In this document: positions 50,101 to 58,779 of the stretch, piece after piece
How the letters are laid out: each line of letters starts with the position of its first letter
Position numbering within the stretch: position 1 is the stretch's first letter
Assembly (NCBI GenBank): GCA_951406725.2
Contig: OX597827.1
Span: 49,662,001 to 49,726,000 of the forward strand
Direction of reading: 5' to 3'
DNA length: 64,000 nt
Source: Octopus vulgaris
Lineage: Eukaryota
The notes under the pieces: model-generated
The model's database searches: none
What the model saw: only the letters and a program-made list of their open reading frames with translations
Told to the model about the DNA's origin: nothing
Made by a program: the position numbers and the translations under genes

Positions 50101-52137
50101 CGAAGACCCGGCAAGACTAGTCAGGCCATAACCCGTGGCCCCTACCTGGGACGTAGTCAGTCCACCTGTGCATACCTTCCTTCTTGTGACACTTGTGAAG
50201 ACCTGTTGAGGCAAGTGAAAATCAAATCAAATCAAAACAAATCAAAATAGATGAACATCAATGGAATTTGTATCTTTGTGGTACCAGTGCCGGTGGCACA
50301 CAAGAAAATCATCCGAACGTGGCCGTAGCCAGTACCGCATAGACTGGCCTCCGTGCTTTGGGGACGTAACAAACACCATCCGATCGTGGCCGTCCGCCAG
50401 CCTCATCTGGCACCTGTGTCGGTGGCACATAAAAACACCATCCGAGCGTGGCCGTCTGCCAGCCTCGTCTGGCACCTGTGTCGGTGGCACATAAAAACAC
50501 CATCCGAGCGTGGCCGTTCGCCAGCCTCGTCTGGCACCTGTGTCGGTGGCACATAAAATCACCCACTACACTCTCGGAGTGGTTGGCGTTAGGAAGGGCA
50601 TCCAGCTGTAGAAACACTGCCAGATCTGACTGGCCTGGTGCAGCCTTCGGGCTCCCCAGACCCCAGTTGAACCGTCCAACCCATGCTAGCATGGAAAACG
50701 GACGCTAAATGATGATGATGATGATGATGATGATGTCCATCACATAACCACAGCTGCATCATAAATAGCTTTCTTCCTCAAAGATAGAAATTGCTTCAAC
50801 TCTGATCAGATGCCAATTCTCTTTAAGTTACATGTGTACCTTCCATGAGATTCATGTTGGAGCTATATCTAGGAAAACACAGCTACTGTACATATAGACA
50901 TAAAACAAACAAAAATTTCATGAATTGATTATCTAATACTCTCTTTACTCTTTTACTTGTTTCACTCATATGACTGCGGCCATGCTGGAGCACCGCCTTT
51001 AGTCGAGCAACTCAACCCCGGGACTTATTCTTTGTAAGCCCAGTACTTATTCTATCGGCCTCTTTTGCCGAACCACTAAGTAACGGGGACATAAACACAC
51101 CAGCATTGGTTGTCAAGCAATGCTAGGGGGACAAACACAGACACACAAACACACACGCACACATATATATATATATACATATATACGACGGGCTTCTTTC
51201 AGTTTCCGTCTACCAAATCCACTCACAAGGCTTTGGTTGGCCCGAGGCTATAGTAGAAGACACTTGCCCAAGGTGCCACGCAGTGGGACTGAACCCAGAA
51301 CCATGTGGTTTGTAAGCAAGCTACTTACCACACAGCCACTCCTGCCCCTATATAATCTTCACTCATCTAAAATGCTGTTGTCTCTAGCACACTGTTAAAA
51401 TTCCACATCTTATATTTCTTACTTTCTAGCACTTTACTAGGTTCATGTTCATACTACTTATCAATATGGTCAAATCCTGGCTTTATACATAACTCTCAGT
51501 GGATTATTCTCACTAGGTTATCATGTCTTTTGTATTTTTTCTGTGCCAGCATACTACATTCTCTAATTATATGAGTAACACTTTCCTCCTTTGATTTACA
51601 TAAGCTACATTGGGAATCTACCTGATTTTTGTCTATTTTGGGTTTTATCCAGTTAGTCCTTGATGCCTGATCTTATGCTGCTACCGAGAAGCTTTCTGTC
51701 TCCCTTTTCAGCCATCCTTTCTGCAACTACAACCATGTCTCACTATTACTATTTTCTGTAACTATCTTTGGAAATCTACTATGAAAAGCATAATTGTTAA
51801 TTCATACGATTATGGTTGGATATGGATTTGAGGTCACAGCCCAATTGTTGCATTCCCAGACTAATAATGGAAGGCATTGCAGATGTGACCATCATGTAGA
51901 ATATGACTTGAAGACAATTTGACTGCACAAAGGCAATCGTCTCGTTGAATTGTTAGTTTCTTGAATATGTTGGTACATATCATGCACTTACTCAGATTTC
52001 CCCTGGCACTGATTTATATGTTGGTACATAATTGGTTTGTTGTAGATGATGTTATTACTTTTTTTTTCTTCATTTGCCAGAAAATAATAGATACCATGGA
52101 GAAATTTATGAAAAAACATGGAATAAAATTTTTCTAA
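21504..52137 (+). CDS. FANK1: Fibronectin type III and ankyrin repeat domain protein 1 (FANK1-like), copy A; join(21504..21513,26125..26308,29189..29316,37488..37569,38095..38169,40972..41037,42439..42653,44151..44323,49429..49473,52081..52137)
   Basis: Ten GT-AG-bounded exons with compatible phases (1,2,1,2,2,2,1,0,0) sum to 1035 nt, an open frame of 344 aa plus TAA. The translation is FN3 (HYSVHLDW...[23 protein letters not shown]) then ankyrin repeats ([14 protein letters not shown]; [13 protein letters not shown]; [19 protein letters not shown]; [16 protein letters not shown]), colinear with vertebrate FANK1 as I recall it. Confidence 0.93.
21558..22002 (-). mobile_element. SINE family B in FANK1 intron 1
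   Basis: Consensus match. Confidence 0.85.
22400..22488. repeat. 89-bp GC-rich hairpin
   Basis: ATATTATAGTGGGGTAGGCCGGTTTATGGGGTTACCCCGAGT / ACCCGGGGTAATCCCATAAACCAGCCTACCCCCACTATAATAT. Confidence 0.8.
22724..23145 (+). mobile_element. SINE family A partial dimer
   Basis: Second unit starts GGTATTTCGTCTG at 22961. Confidence 0.85.
23632..23862 (+). mobile_element. SINE family A
   Basis: Consensus match; TSD GGTATACCTAAA. Confidence 0.85.
24200..24498. repeat. About 300-bp spacerless palindrome
   Basis: Centre GGCCGATTCAGTGT|ACACTGAATCGGCC at 24348/24349; arms extend through (TG)/(CA) tracts into unique sequence. Confidence 0.88.
25093..26075. mobile_element. Non-autonomous DNA element with internal inverted repeats
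   Basis: GGGAGAGGACTTTCGGAAAATTCACAA (about 25220) and the ATGAAATTTTACATAAAT...TTTGTGGGGGAAATTTTTTC block recur inverted at about 25685-25805. Confidence 0.45.
26125..26308 (+). CDS. FANK1: FANK1 copy A exon 2 (FN3 N-terminal half)
   Basis: Acceptor ttctatcttgtcAG, donor AC|GTATGT; encodes [31 protein letters not shown]...WKNVY. Confidence 0.9.
26746..26977 (+). mobile_element. SINE family A
   Basis: Consensus match. Confidence 0.82.
27240..27911 (+). mobile_element. RTE-type 3' end repeat, second subfamily
   Basis: Ends ccaacccatgctagcatggaaagcggatattaaacgatgatgatg; internal repeats shared with 30187-30665 and 35297-35668. Confidence 0.75.
28476..28851 (+). mobile_element. SINE family B
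   Basis: Consensus match. Confidence 0.85.
29189..29316 (+). CDS. FANK1: FANK1 copy A exon 3 (FN3 C-terminal half)
   Basis: Acceptor tttttttatAG, donor A|GTAAGC; encodes [42 protein letters not shown]. Confidence 0.92.
29490..29851 (-). mobile_element. Non-autonomous Helitron-like element
   Basis: - strand A|TCTCTCTATATAT start; terminal palindrome ACTAGCACTATGACCTGGC-GTT-GCCAGGTCATAGTGCTAGT ending CTAG|T. Confidence 0.7.
30187..30665 (-). mobile_element. RTE-type 3' end repeat, second subfamily
   Basis: Reverse complement of 27480-27911. Confidence 0.75.
31643..32157 (+). mobile_element. Cluster of RTE-type 3' end fragments with (GAT)n tails
   Basis: Two copies of the ggagtggttggcgttaggaagggcatccagc...aaacgatgatgat motif plus one isolated tail. 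Confidence 0.7.
32425..32463 (-). ncRNA. Variant hammerhead-like motif (core CUGUUGA)
   Basis: Reverse complement reads TCTTT-CTGTTGA-A-GAGC-GTAG-GCTC-GAAAC-GTA-AAAGA; helices intact but core A6 is U. Confidence 0.4.
33330..34208 (-). mobile_element. Tc1-like DNA transposon remnant (one TIR plus broken transposase)
   Basis: TIR CAGGGGTTGGACAAAATAATGGAAACACC next to TA at 34209; ORFs 33630-34019 (HTH; [10 protein letters not shown]), 33532-33723 ([19 protein letters not shown]) and [10 protein letters not shown]; interrupted by a SINE at 33157-33327. Confidence 0.85.
35297..36605 (-). mobile_element. Two RTE-type 3' end repeats, the second extending into the ORF end
   Basis: (CAT)n heads at 35297 and 35846; 36540-36603 encodes [19 protein letters not shown] on the - strand. 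Confidence 0.7.
36905..37343 (+). mobile_element. SINE family B
   Basis: Consensus match. Confidence 0.85.
37488..37569 (+). CDS. FANK1: FANK1 copy A exon 4
   Basis: Acceptor ctttctcttctatAG, donor GG|GTAAAA; encodes [26 protein letters not shown]. Confidence 0.88.
38095..38169 (+). CDS. FANK1: FANK1 copy A exon 5
   Basis: Acceptor gtattacAG, donor GA|GTAAGT; encodes [24 protein letters not shown]. Confidence 0.9.
38493..38712. mobile_element. piggyBac-type MITE, different family
   Basis: TTAA-CTCTTTTGTTAC...GTAACAAAAGGG-TTAA. Confidence 0.72.
39046..39256. mobile_element. piggyBac-type MITE (TTAA TSD)
   Basis: TTAA-CCCTTTAG...CTAAAGGG-TTAA; homologous to 13105-13327. Confidence 0.8.
40972..41037 (+). 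CDS. FANK1: FANK1 copy A exon 6
   Basis: Acceptor ctttgtatttcAG, donor GC|GTGAGT; encodes [21 protein letters not shown]. Confidence 0.9.
41176..41530 (+). mobile_element. SINE family B, 5'-truncated
   Basis: Consensus match. Confidence 0.82.
42107..42336 (+). mobile_element. SINE family A just upstream of exon 7
   Basis: Consensus match; TSD TAATTCAGTTTTTCATA. Confidence 0.85.
42439..42653 (+). CDS. FANK1: FANK1 copy A exon 7 (ankyrin repeats)
   Basis: Acceptor tttacttcAG, donor G|GTGAGT; encodes [17 protein letters not shown]...[13 protein letters not shown]...GWTPLIRC. Confidence 0.95.
42783..42933. mobile_element. Tc1/mariner terminal fragment
   Basis: Ends TTTTTGGGACACCCTG, the reverse complement of a CAGGGTGTCCCAAAA-type TIR. 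Confidence 0.5.
43241..43316 (-). ncRNA. Type I hammerhead ribozyme motif, inverted copy of 43572-43647
   Basis: Reverse complement of the + strand motif, located in the other arm of the inverted repeat. Confidence 0.7.
43572..43647 (+). ncRNA. Type I hammerhead ribozyme motif (Penelope/retrozyme-like), extended helix II
   Basis: ACTCTA-CTGAAGA-[long helix II]-GAAAC-AATT-GTA-TAGAGT: 6-bp helix I, intact CUGANGA/GAAA core, palindromic helix III (ACAAUUGU), GUA triplet with cleavage predicted after 43641. Confidence 0.72.
43922..43957 (+). ncRNA. Minimal hammerhead-like motif in a Penelope-like repeat end
   Basis: CTGACGA-A-GAGC-TCC-GCTC-GAAAC-GTT-AAAC; helix I (gtct/aaac) has one mismatch. 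Confidence 0.5.
44151..44323 (+). CDS. FANK1: FANK1 copy A exon 8 (ankyrin repeats)
   Basis: Acceptor atttttcAG, donor ACG|GTTAGT; encodes [57 protein letters not shown]. Confidence 0.93.
45012..45270. repeat. Fold-back (inverted) repeat; related copy at 40271-40520
   Basis: ATTGTGTCTGGGGAGAGTCATTTTC...TTCAATAGT caaa ACTATTGAAA...GAAAATGACTCTCCCCAGACACAAT. Confidence 0.8.
45644..45962. mobile_element. About 320-bp interspersed element (solo-LTR-like), copy 2
   Basis: Inserted in one copy of a local duplication (44631-44851 versus 45556-46091). Confidence 0.65.
46133..46554 (-). mobile_element. SINE family B
   Basis: Consensus match. Confidence 0.85.
47030..47546 (+). mobile_element. Non-autonomous Helitron
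   Basis: A|TCTATATATAT start; subterminal hairpin CCCGAGCAACGCCGGG; CTAG|T end. Confidence 0.8.
47966..48380. mobile_element. MITE with GGATCTTTT termini, 8-bp TSD and internal (CCCTAA)n
   Basis: TIRs GGATCTTTTCAGTTTGAACGGCAGTTTTT / AAAAACTGCCATTCAAACCGAAAAGATCC; TSD TATTATTG. Confidence 0.85.
48920..49329. repeat. Five-copy, 81-83-bp minisatellite
   Basis: Unit CCAAATATAAACTTGGACCCCAAAGGTCAAAGTTCAATAAAGTAAATAACTAGG...TTCTAGT at 48920, 49003, 49084, 49165 and 49247. Confidence 0.9.
49429..49473 (+). CDS. FANK1: FANK1 copy A exon 9
   Basis: Acceptor ttttcctttcAG, donor AGG|GTAAGT; 45 nt encoding [15 protein letters not shown]. Confidence 0.9.
49805..50735 (+). mobile_element. RTE LINE 3' UTR, two tandem truncated copies, (GAT)n tail
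   Basis: Near-identical reverse complement of 8665-9245; the block 49812-50103 is repeated from about 50174. Confidence 0.85.
50938..51349 (-). mobile_element. SINE family B
   Basis: Consensus match. Confidence 0.85.
52081..52137 (+). CDS. FANK1: FANK1 copy A exon 10 coding part, to stop
   Basis: Acceptor tttttcttcatttgccAG; encodes [18 protein letters not shown] then TAA. Confidence 0.82.
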   Translation, partial: KIIDTMEKFMKKHGIKFF

Positions 52138-52259
52138 GGAGTGAAGCAGTAGTGTTAACACGGCATTAATTGAGGTATGTACCTGTTTGCATATTCTTAG
52201 ACATTTCTTTCTTGGAACTTCTAACCCTTATTTCCATCTCTTAATTTATAAAATATCCT

Positions 52260-52590
52260 CCATGGCTCAGTGGTTAGAGCGTTGAGCTTACGATCGTGAG
52301 GTTGTGAGCTCGAATCCCGGACCGGGCTGTGTCTTGTGTTCTTGAGCAAGACATTTTATTTCACGTTGTTCCAGTTCACTCAGCTGTAGAAATGAGTTGC
52401 GACATCATTGGTGCCAAGTTGTATCGGCCTTTGCCTTTCCCTTGGATAACACTTGTGGCATGGAGAGGGGAAGCCAGTATGCATGGGCGACTGCCGGTCT
52501 TCCATAAACAACCTTGCCCGGACTGGTGCCTGGGAGTACCTAACTTTCTAGGTGCAATCCCATGGTCTGTGTCGTGATCAAAGGGGGTCT
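52260..52590 (+). mobile_element. tRNA-derived SINE family D
   Basis: CATGGCTCAGTGGTTAGAGCG...TCGAATCCCGG; homologous to 122-436. Confidence 0.8.
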
Positions 52591-52697
52591 CAGACTCCAT
52601 TCCTTAATTCTTGTATTCTTATTTGCATACCTGGTAACCCTGGTTGCTCACCGTAAAATATTAAAAAAAATTTTTTTTTTCAGCTTATCCATACTTC

Positions 52698-53000
52698 TCA
52701 TCATCGTTTAACGTCTGTTTTCCATGTTAGCATGGGTTGGATGGTTTGACCGGGGTCTGGGAATTCAGAAGGCTGCACCAAGCTCCAGTCTGATCTGGCA
52801 GTGTTTCTATAGCTGGATGCCCTTCCTAACGCCAACCACTCCATGAGTGTAGTGGGTGCTTTTTACGTGCCACCGGCATAGGTGCCAGGCGAGGCTGGCT
52901 ACAGCCACGATCGGTTGGTGCTTTTTATGTGCCACCGGCATGGAAGCCAGTCAAGGTGGCGCTGGCATTGGCCATGTTCGGATGGAGCTTTTTACGTGCC
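52698..53000 (-). mobile_element. RTE-type 3' end repeat
   Basis: Same (CAT)n-headed consensus. Confidence 0.7.
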
Positions 53001-53065
53001 CCCCCCCCCCCCAAGCCAACTAATGTTGGTCTGGGACTATGCATGCATAGGTACAAATACATACA

Positions 53066-53122
<57 letters not shown>

Positions 53123-53419
53123 GATGTTGGGCTAAATTTGAAGATTGTTTTTTTTTTCCATGCCTCCATTTTTCAAGACAGCTTGATGTATTGGTGAACC
53201 ATGAAAGGTGTTGGAAAGCATAAAGATTAAATTTGTAGTTGACAAAAAAGTTAGCTGACATGGCAACCATCTGAATACTGGAAAAGAGTTACTTGTATCA
53301 TGATGATTCATACTGGACATCAAAATGCCAGCTCCACAACTGCTGCTCAATGCCCTGTGAACACTGTAAAGGCTGTACGACACGACATGAATATCATGAA
53401 AACTAAGTTCCCAAAAGCT

Positions 53420-53835
53420 GTGATTATTTTTGGGGTGTGTCTCCAGTGAGAGCAACATCATGCCACTCTATATCTTTGAACAGGGCGTTAGGCTCAATTC
53501 AGATGGCTATGTGAAACTGCTGGAGACTGTAGTCAAACTCTAGCAGGAGAGAGTTACTGCTGGAAGGCCACATGTGTAGCAGAAGGGTTCAGCTCCTTGT
53601 CATACTCCAGAAAGAGTCAGTAGTGGTTGTCAGAAAATTTTTACAATTTTACCAGCACCAATTTCTGGCCTCATAATCCCATGGATTACTATGTGTGGGG
53701 CTTAGTTGAGAAAAACACGAAGGCCAAGCTGATGGTTAAGATCTTCCAAGGGACACAGTGAGGGATGCATGCACCCGGTTCCAGAGTTGTTTTGAGGTTA
53801 TGATGGAAGCTGAGGGCAGGTACTTTGAGTAAAGT
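53420..53835 (+). mobile_element. Tc1/mariner-superfamily transposase remnant
   Basis: MPLYIFEQGVRLNSDGYVKLLETVVK...SAPCH...FWPHN-PMDYYVWG (WPPNSPD.NP.DY motif), with stops. Confidence 0.75.
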
Positions 53836-54008
53836 GTTTTTTCCTCACCATAATTTAGTTGATGTTTTTTGATATTTTAAAATATTTTTAGGTTGGTATC
53901 TTGAAATTGCTCTCTGTATGGAAAGAAATACTTGAAATTTCCTACTGTTGCTTTGAAAATGTATTTTTTGATTATTCATAAACCTAATTTTTTTTTCTAA
54001 TTTATCAG

Positions 54009-54385
54009 AATTGTAATGGCAACAAACTCAACAAGCTGGACATGCATTCAAAGAGACTTTTCTTTTCATTCACGATCTCTGTATGTCTTCATATAATGGA
54101 TTGAATCAACTCTTGCCCATTTGCCTGCAGTCACAGAATCTATTTGGCATGGATTAAATTGTTAGATCTGTCCAAACAATGTGTGTCACTGAATCTTCCA
54201 GTTTTAATGGCATCAAGTTTTGTATATTTTTGTTTTCTCAACTTCAGCCAGCAGAAGCAGACAATATTTGTGTAACAACTTATGTATTTTTATCATCTGA
54301 AAATTCTAGCCTATTCCAAAAGAACTGTTATGATAAAGTTATTTTCCTTACCAATAAACTGTCATATACAAAATAAAATTATTAT
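54009..54385 (+). other. Putative non-coding terminal exon (3' UTR) of FANK1 copy A
   Basis: Donor GAG|GTATGT at 52174/52175; acceptor with long T tract ending tttatcAG at 54008; unique sequence followed by AATAAA at 54353 and 54372. Confidence 0.5.
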
Positions 54386-54654
54386 TATTATTATCCAATT
54401 GATTTGCATTTTATTTCATCTTCCAACCAGGTCTCAACCAGAGACCTATGGCACATATATATTAGATGGAGAGAAACTTCTTTAGAATGTGGGTTGATGT
54501 CAATACAATTTCTTGAGTCTCATAGATTGTTGGTCTCCCAGGGATATGGTTAAAAAATTTGTCACAACCTTCTTGATCATTCTCAGGGCACCCACACCCA
54601 CAACCATAGGGATGGTTTGGGTCTTTAATTACCACATCCAAGATATCTCAAGCT

Positions 54655-54995
54655 CATCATCATCATCATCATCATCATCATTTAACGTCCATTTTCCATG
54701 CTAGCATGGGTTGGACGGTTCGACCGGGGTCTGATAAGCCATGGAGGCTGCACCAGGCTCTAGTCTGATTTGGCAGTGTTTCTACAGCTGGATGCCCTTC
54801 CTAACGCCAACCATTCCGTGAGTGTATATGGGTGTTTTTTACATGCCACCGGCACAGGGGCCAGAGCAGGCTGGCAAACGGCCATGATCGGTTGGTGCTT
54901 TTACGTGTCACCGACATGGATGCCAGTCAGGCGGCGCTAGTATCTGCCACATTTGGACGGTGCTTTTTACGTGTCACCGGTACGGGTGTCTTAAC
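54655..54995 (-). mobile_element. RTE-type 3' end repeat
   Basis: Same (CAT)n-headed consensus. Confidence 0.7.
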
Positions 54996-55029
54996 TAAGT
55001 CTTTCAAATTCCTTTACTGAGATGTTTCT

Positions 55030-55345
55030 AACAGAAGGCATTGTCATATCAAGAAACAGGCATGTCTTTTATCTTGACTCTTTGATGACAATGTCTGGTC
55101 TGTTAGCATGCATTTATTTGCCTGTGTGTATGTATCTCATAATCAAATAGGATGGTAACATTCTCTCCCTTGGTGATTGGATCTGGATGGTGTTCATACA
55201 AGTTCTTAGGGTGTAGGATATCAGTGACAGCATATGCTCCAGTGCAAGTATTAGCCAATTCAATCATGCCTGGTTTTATATTCTGTAAGACAAGAGCTGA
55301 GCAACCAGCAACAAGGCAGTCAATACTCAGATTTGGCATTGCAGA
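55030..55345 (-). mobile_element. R4/Dong-like (restriction-like endonuclease) non-LTR retrotransposon fragment
   Basis: IDCLVAGCSAL...YEHHPDPITKGENVTILFDYEIHTHRQI, followed by RPDIVI..TCLFLDMTMP in an adjacent frame. Confidence 0.65.
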
Positions 55346-55994
55346 GTCTATTATTATTATTAAGGTGATTTTGCAGAATTATTAGTGTGTTAGATAAAAT
55401 GTATAGTGGCATTTCATCCATTTTTATGTTCTTAATTCAAATCCCACTACAGTGAAATTTGTCTTTCATCCTTTTGGGCTCAGTAAATAAGTACCAGTTG
55501 AGCACTGGCTTCTTTGAGTTTCTGTCTACCAAATCCACTCACAAGGCTTTGGTCGGCCCGAGGCTATAGTAGAAGACACTTGTCCAAGGTGCCACACAGT
55601 GGGAATGTACCCAGAACCATGTGGTTGGTAAGCAAGCTACTTACCACACAGTCACTCCTGCGCCTATTAAAAGAATTTTAAATCGTTTTTTTAAAATTTT
55701 TAACCTTGTTTGGTTCTTGTCAGAAGTGTTTACACTGATTTGACCAATTCAAAAGGACAATATATATATATATATGTATGTATATGTATATAGATAGATT
55801 GATTAGATAGACAGACGGACGGACAGACAGACAGATGACATGTGTCAATGAATGTTCTGCTAACCAAAAGTATTGACCAACCAGAAATACTTTTGCTAAG
55901 TCGCTGTGCAATGGCATCAAACCCAGAACCACATGACTGATGCAAATTTCTTGGCACAAAAGACATTATATACACATTTTATACAGCAACATTG

Positions 55995-56395
55995 TGGGAG
56001 TGCAATGGCCCAGTGGTTAGGGCAGCGGACTCGTGGTCGGAGGACCGCGGTTTCAATTCCCAGACCAGGCGTTGTGTGTGTTTATTGAACAAAAACACCT
56101 AAAGCTCCACGAGGCTCTGGCAGGGGGTGGTGGCGACGCCTGTTGTACTCTTTCATCCCAACTTTCTCTCACTCTTTCTTCCTGTTTCTTGTCCCCGACT
56201 TCCTACGCAACCGCTGAGCCTGGATGTGCATTCATCCATCTGTCGATGCTCTCGGTGTCGGGGGTTAACCTGCTTTCTCTTCTGCGGGTCTTACGAATAG
56301 CAAAGGACCACAATTCAGACTTCTCCCGCTGCAAGCTCTGGGACGAAGACTGCTTCGCTCAGCAGGAACAGAAACAGCAACATCACAATTGAAAG
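55995..56395 (+). mobile_element. SINE with family C-like head and a LINE-derived 3' part
   Basis: Head matches the reverse complement of 18100-18279. Confidence 0.7.
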
Positions 56396-56446
56396 ACAAG
56401 AGTATAAGGATGATTAATTATTTCTATTTATTAATAGAAAAAAAAC

Positions 56447-56946
56447 AAATCAAAATAGATGAACATCAATGGAATTTGTATCTTTGTGGTACCAGTGCCG
56501 GTGGCACATAAGAAAACCATCCGAACATGGCTGTAGCCAGTACCGCATCGACTGGCCTCCGTACTGTAGGCACGTAACAAACACCATCCGATCGTGGCCA
56601 TTCGCCAGCCTCATCTGGCACCTGTGTTGGTGGCACATAAAAAACACCATCCGAGCGTGGCCGTCTGCCAGCCTCGTCTGGCACCTGTGTCGGTGGCACA
56701 TAAAAAACACCATCCGAGCGTGGCCGTTCGCCAGCCTCGTCTGGCACCTGTGTCGGTGGCACATAAAATCACCCACTACACCCTCGGAGTGGTTGGCGTT
56801 AGGAAGGGCATCCAGCTGTAGAAACACTGCCAGATCTGACTGGCCTGGTGCAGCCTTCGGGCTCCCCAGACCTCAGTTGAACCGTCCAACCCATGCTAGC
56901 ATGGAAAGCGGACGTTAAACGATGATGATGATGATGATGATGATGA
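56447..56946 (+). mobile_element. RTE LINE 3' UTR copy with (GAT)n tail
   Basis: Near-identical to 50240-50735. Confidence 0.85.
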
Positions 56947-57226
56947 ATCACTTTTGATTCAAACTTTGTATGAATAACTTGAGAATATTTTTATATTTTT
57001 AAATAATATATGCTTATACAAGAAAATTTTAATTAGTATCGTACAATCGTTGGCAGGTTTAATAAATCCACAAAAACGAGCTTCACTTAATTTATGAACA
57101 TTTTAGGAAAAGTATGTTACTTTTAATAGCTGGAGTTATACTGAAACAGTCAGAAGAATAAATCAAAGAATCCATCAAAAGCAAGAGAATTTGAATGCTG
57201 CAGAGACCATCACAGCTTCTGCTTTT

Positions 57227-57658
57227 GGATCTTTTCGGTTTGAACGGCAGTTTTTTAAAATAATTTCCAAGTCACTAAACACTTTTTAACTTCGTATACT
57301 GGTAGAATGTGTTTATAAAACATCTTTTTCTCTTGGCTTTATTGAGAAAATTCTATAGTTTGTAAGATATTTGTTGTTTTTTTTCTTCAATTTCTGCAAT
57401 TTCAACCAATCAATGATGTCTATTGAGGTAAAAACATTCTGTGCCGTATGAATATGTCTCTCGTTTAAGAAACAGATTGGGTTTATTTACATTTGTGAAG
57501 AAAAAAAGATACCCTTTCCCCACCCCTAACCCTAACCCTAACTAACCCTAACCCTAAAACAGATTGAAATGCAATAGATCGATACTAGGGTCATAATTAT
57601 GGGTGATAATTTCATATGACACTGCTAGAAAAAACTGCCGTTCAAACCGAAAAGATCC
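57227..57658. mobile_element. Second copy of the 47966-48380 MITE
   Basis: Near-identical body and TIRs; no TSD visible. Confidence 0.82.
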
Positions 57659-57830
57659 GAAAGAGGTACATGTAGGGCTGGAAGAAAGAGGAGGAATTTG
57701 AACTTAGAACGTAAAGACGGACGAAATGCCGCTAAGCACTTTGCCCGGCGTGCAAACAACTGTCAGAATAATAAAGACGTTTAAAAAGAGTTTCTAACCC
57801 ATGCACATATATATTAAGAGAGCAAGCGAG

Positions 57831-57862
<32 letters not shown>

Positions 57863-58117
57863 TTATATATGTATATGTGTCAGTGAGTATGTATACATAC
57901 GTAATAAACCTCGTGCATGCTTTCTCTAAAAACAGCGTCTTGGTTGCGGTTTTTCTGAGTTCATTTCGTTGTCAACTGCCAGTTTATATGCTCGGTTGAC
58001 ATTTTATTTTGCTTTTGGCCCATGAGTACCCGCCTTTCCATGAGTGAAAGGGGACTAGTAATTATCATCTCGATCACTCACTCTTCATAAATATATGTAT
58101 TCATTATATACCCTGTA

Positions 58118-58127
58118 ATGCCAACGA
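58118..58127 (+). CDS. FANK1: FANK1 paralog (copy B) exon 1 coding part (ATG CCA ACG A)
   Basis: TACCCTGTAATG context identical to copy A; donor A|GTAGGT in phase 1; upstream blocks homologous to 21324-21506. Confidence 0.72.
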
Positions 58128-58192
58128 GTAGGTAGAATTTATATTTTTGTTTTGTTTATATTTAATTAATGTTTCCTTTTTTGTTTACATTT

Positions 58193-58329
58193 GGCGGAGG
58201 TAAAGAATACGTTCACCACCCGTTTTCGGCGTAACAAAAACTCTGACCCTAATCCTCACCCTAAACCTTAACCCTAACCCTAAACCTTAATCCTAAACAC
58301 CGGGTGTACGTATTTGTTTTACTTTCGCC
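58193..58329. mobile_element. Tiny MITE-like element with degenerate (CCCTAA)n core
   Basis: Imperfect TIRs GGCGGAGGTAAAGAATACGTTCACC / GGTGTACGTATTTGTTTTACTTTCGCC around telomere-like hexamers. Confidence 0.55.
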
Positions 58330-58779
58330 GTTTATTTTACGCTTTTTTTTTTTTTTTTTTTTTTTAGTGGGGGTAAACGAGCTAAGAAGGGAGTTTCTAT
58401 GAATGAATTCGTTCGACTTTCCAGAAATAGGAACTAAATCTCAAGTATATCTTATCGTTTTAAAAAAAATATGAAGGACTCGCTGGATAATGTAATGCTC
58501 GATGCACTGTCTGGAAAAGGTAAGGATCGTCACGGCTGTAATGCCTTTTTCGATCAATACTTTCTTGCCTAATCTAAAATATCACGGATCAGGACGCCTA
58601 CTTAAGTTGGATTTTTTCCGCTTTGAAGGGAATTTTTCCAATTTATTTTTCACTACACCCCGGGTTTCTTATCGCGAGCCACTTTGAATATTTTCATGGA
58701 ATAATTTGAACGTAATAAAATCATTGAAATTAAACCAAAAGAGCCTAATTGAAATATCAAATAAGGCAAGTTAACAGAA

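Noticed and set aside
50370-50560. 60-bp repeats as a CRISPR array or HDV-like ribozymes
   Set aside because: Eukaryotic LINE 3' UTR tandem repeats with no unique spacers. The CCUCG loop resembles HDV L3, but no P1/P2 pseudoknot pairing is present.
53254-53267. Second X-box-like motif GCTGACATGGCAAC
   Set aside because: Poor left half-site, located within a Tc1/mariner remnant.
57520-57556. Telomere or chromosome fusion site
   Set aside because: The few CCCTAA units are internal to a MITE present twice in the window.
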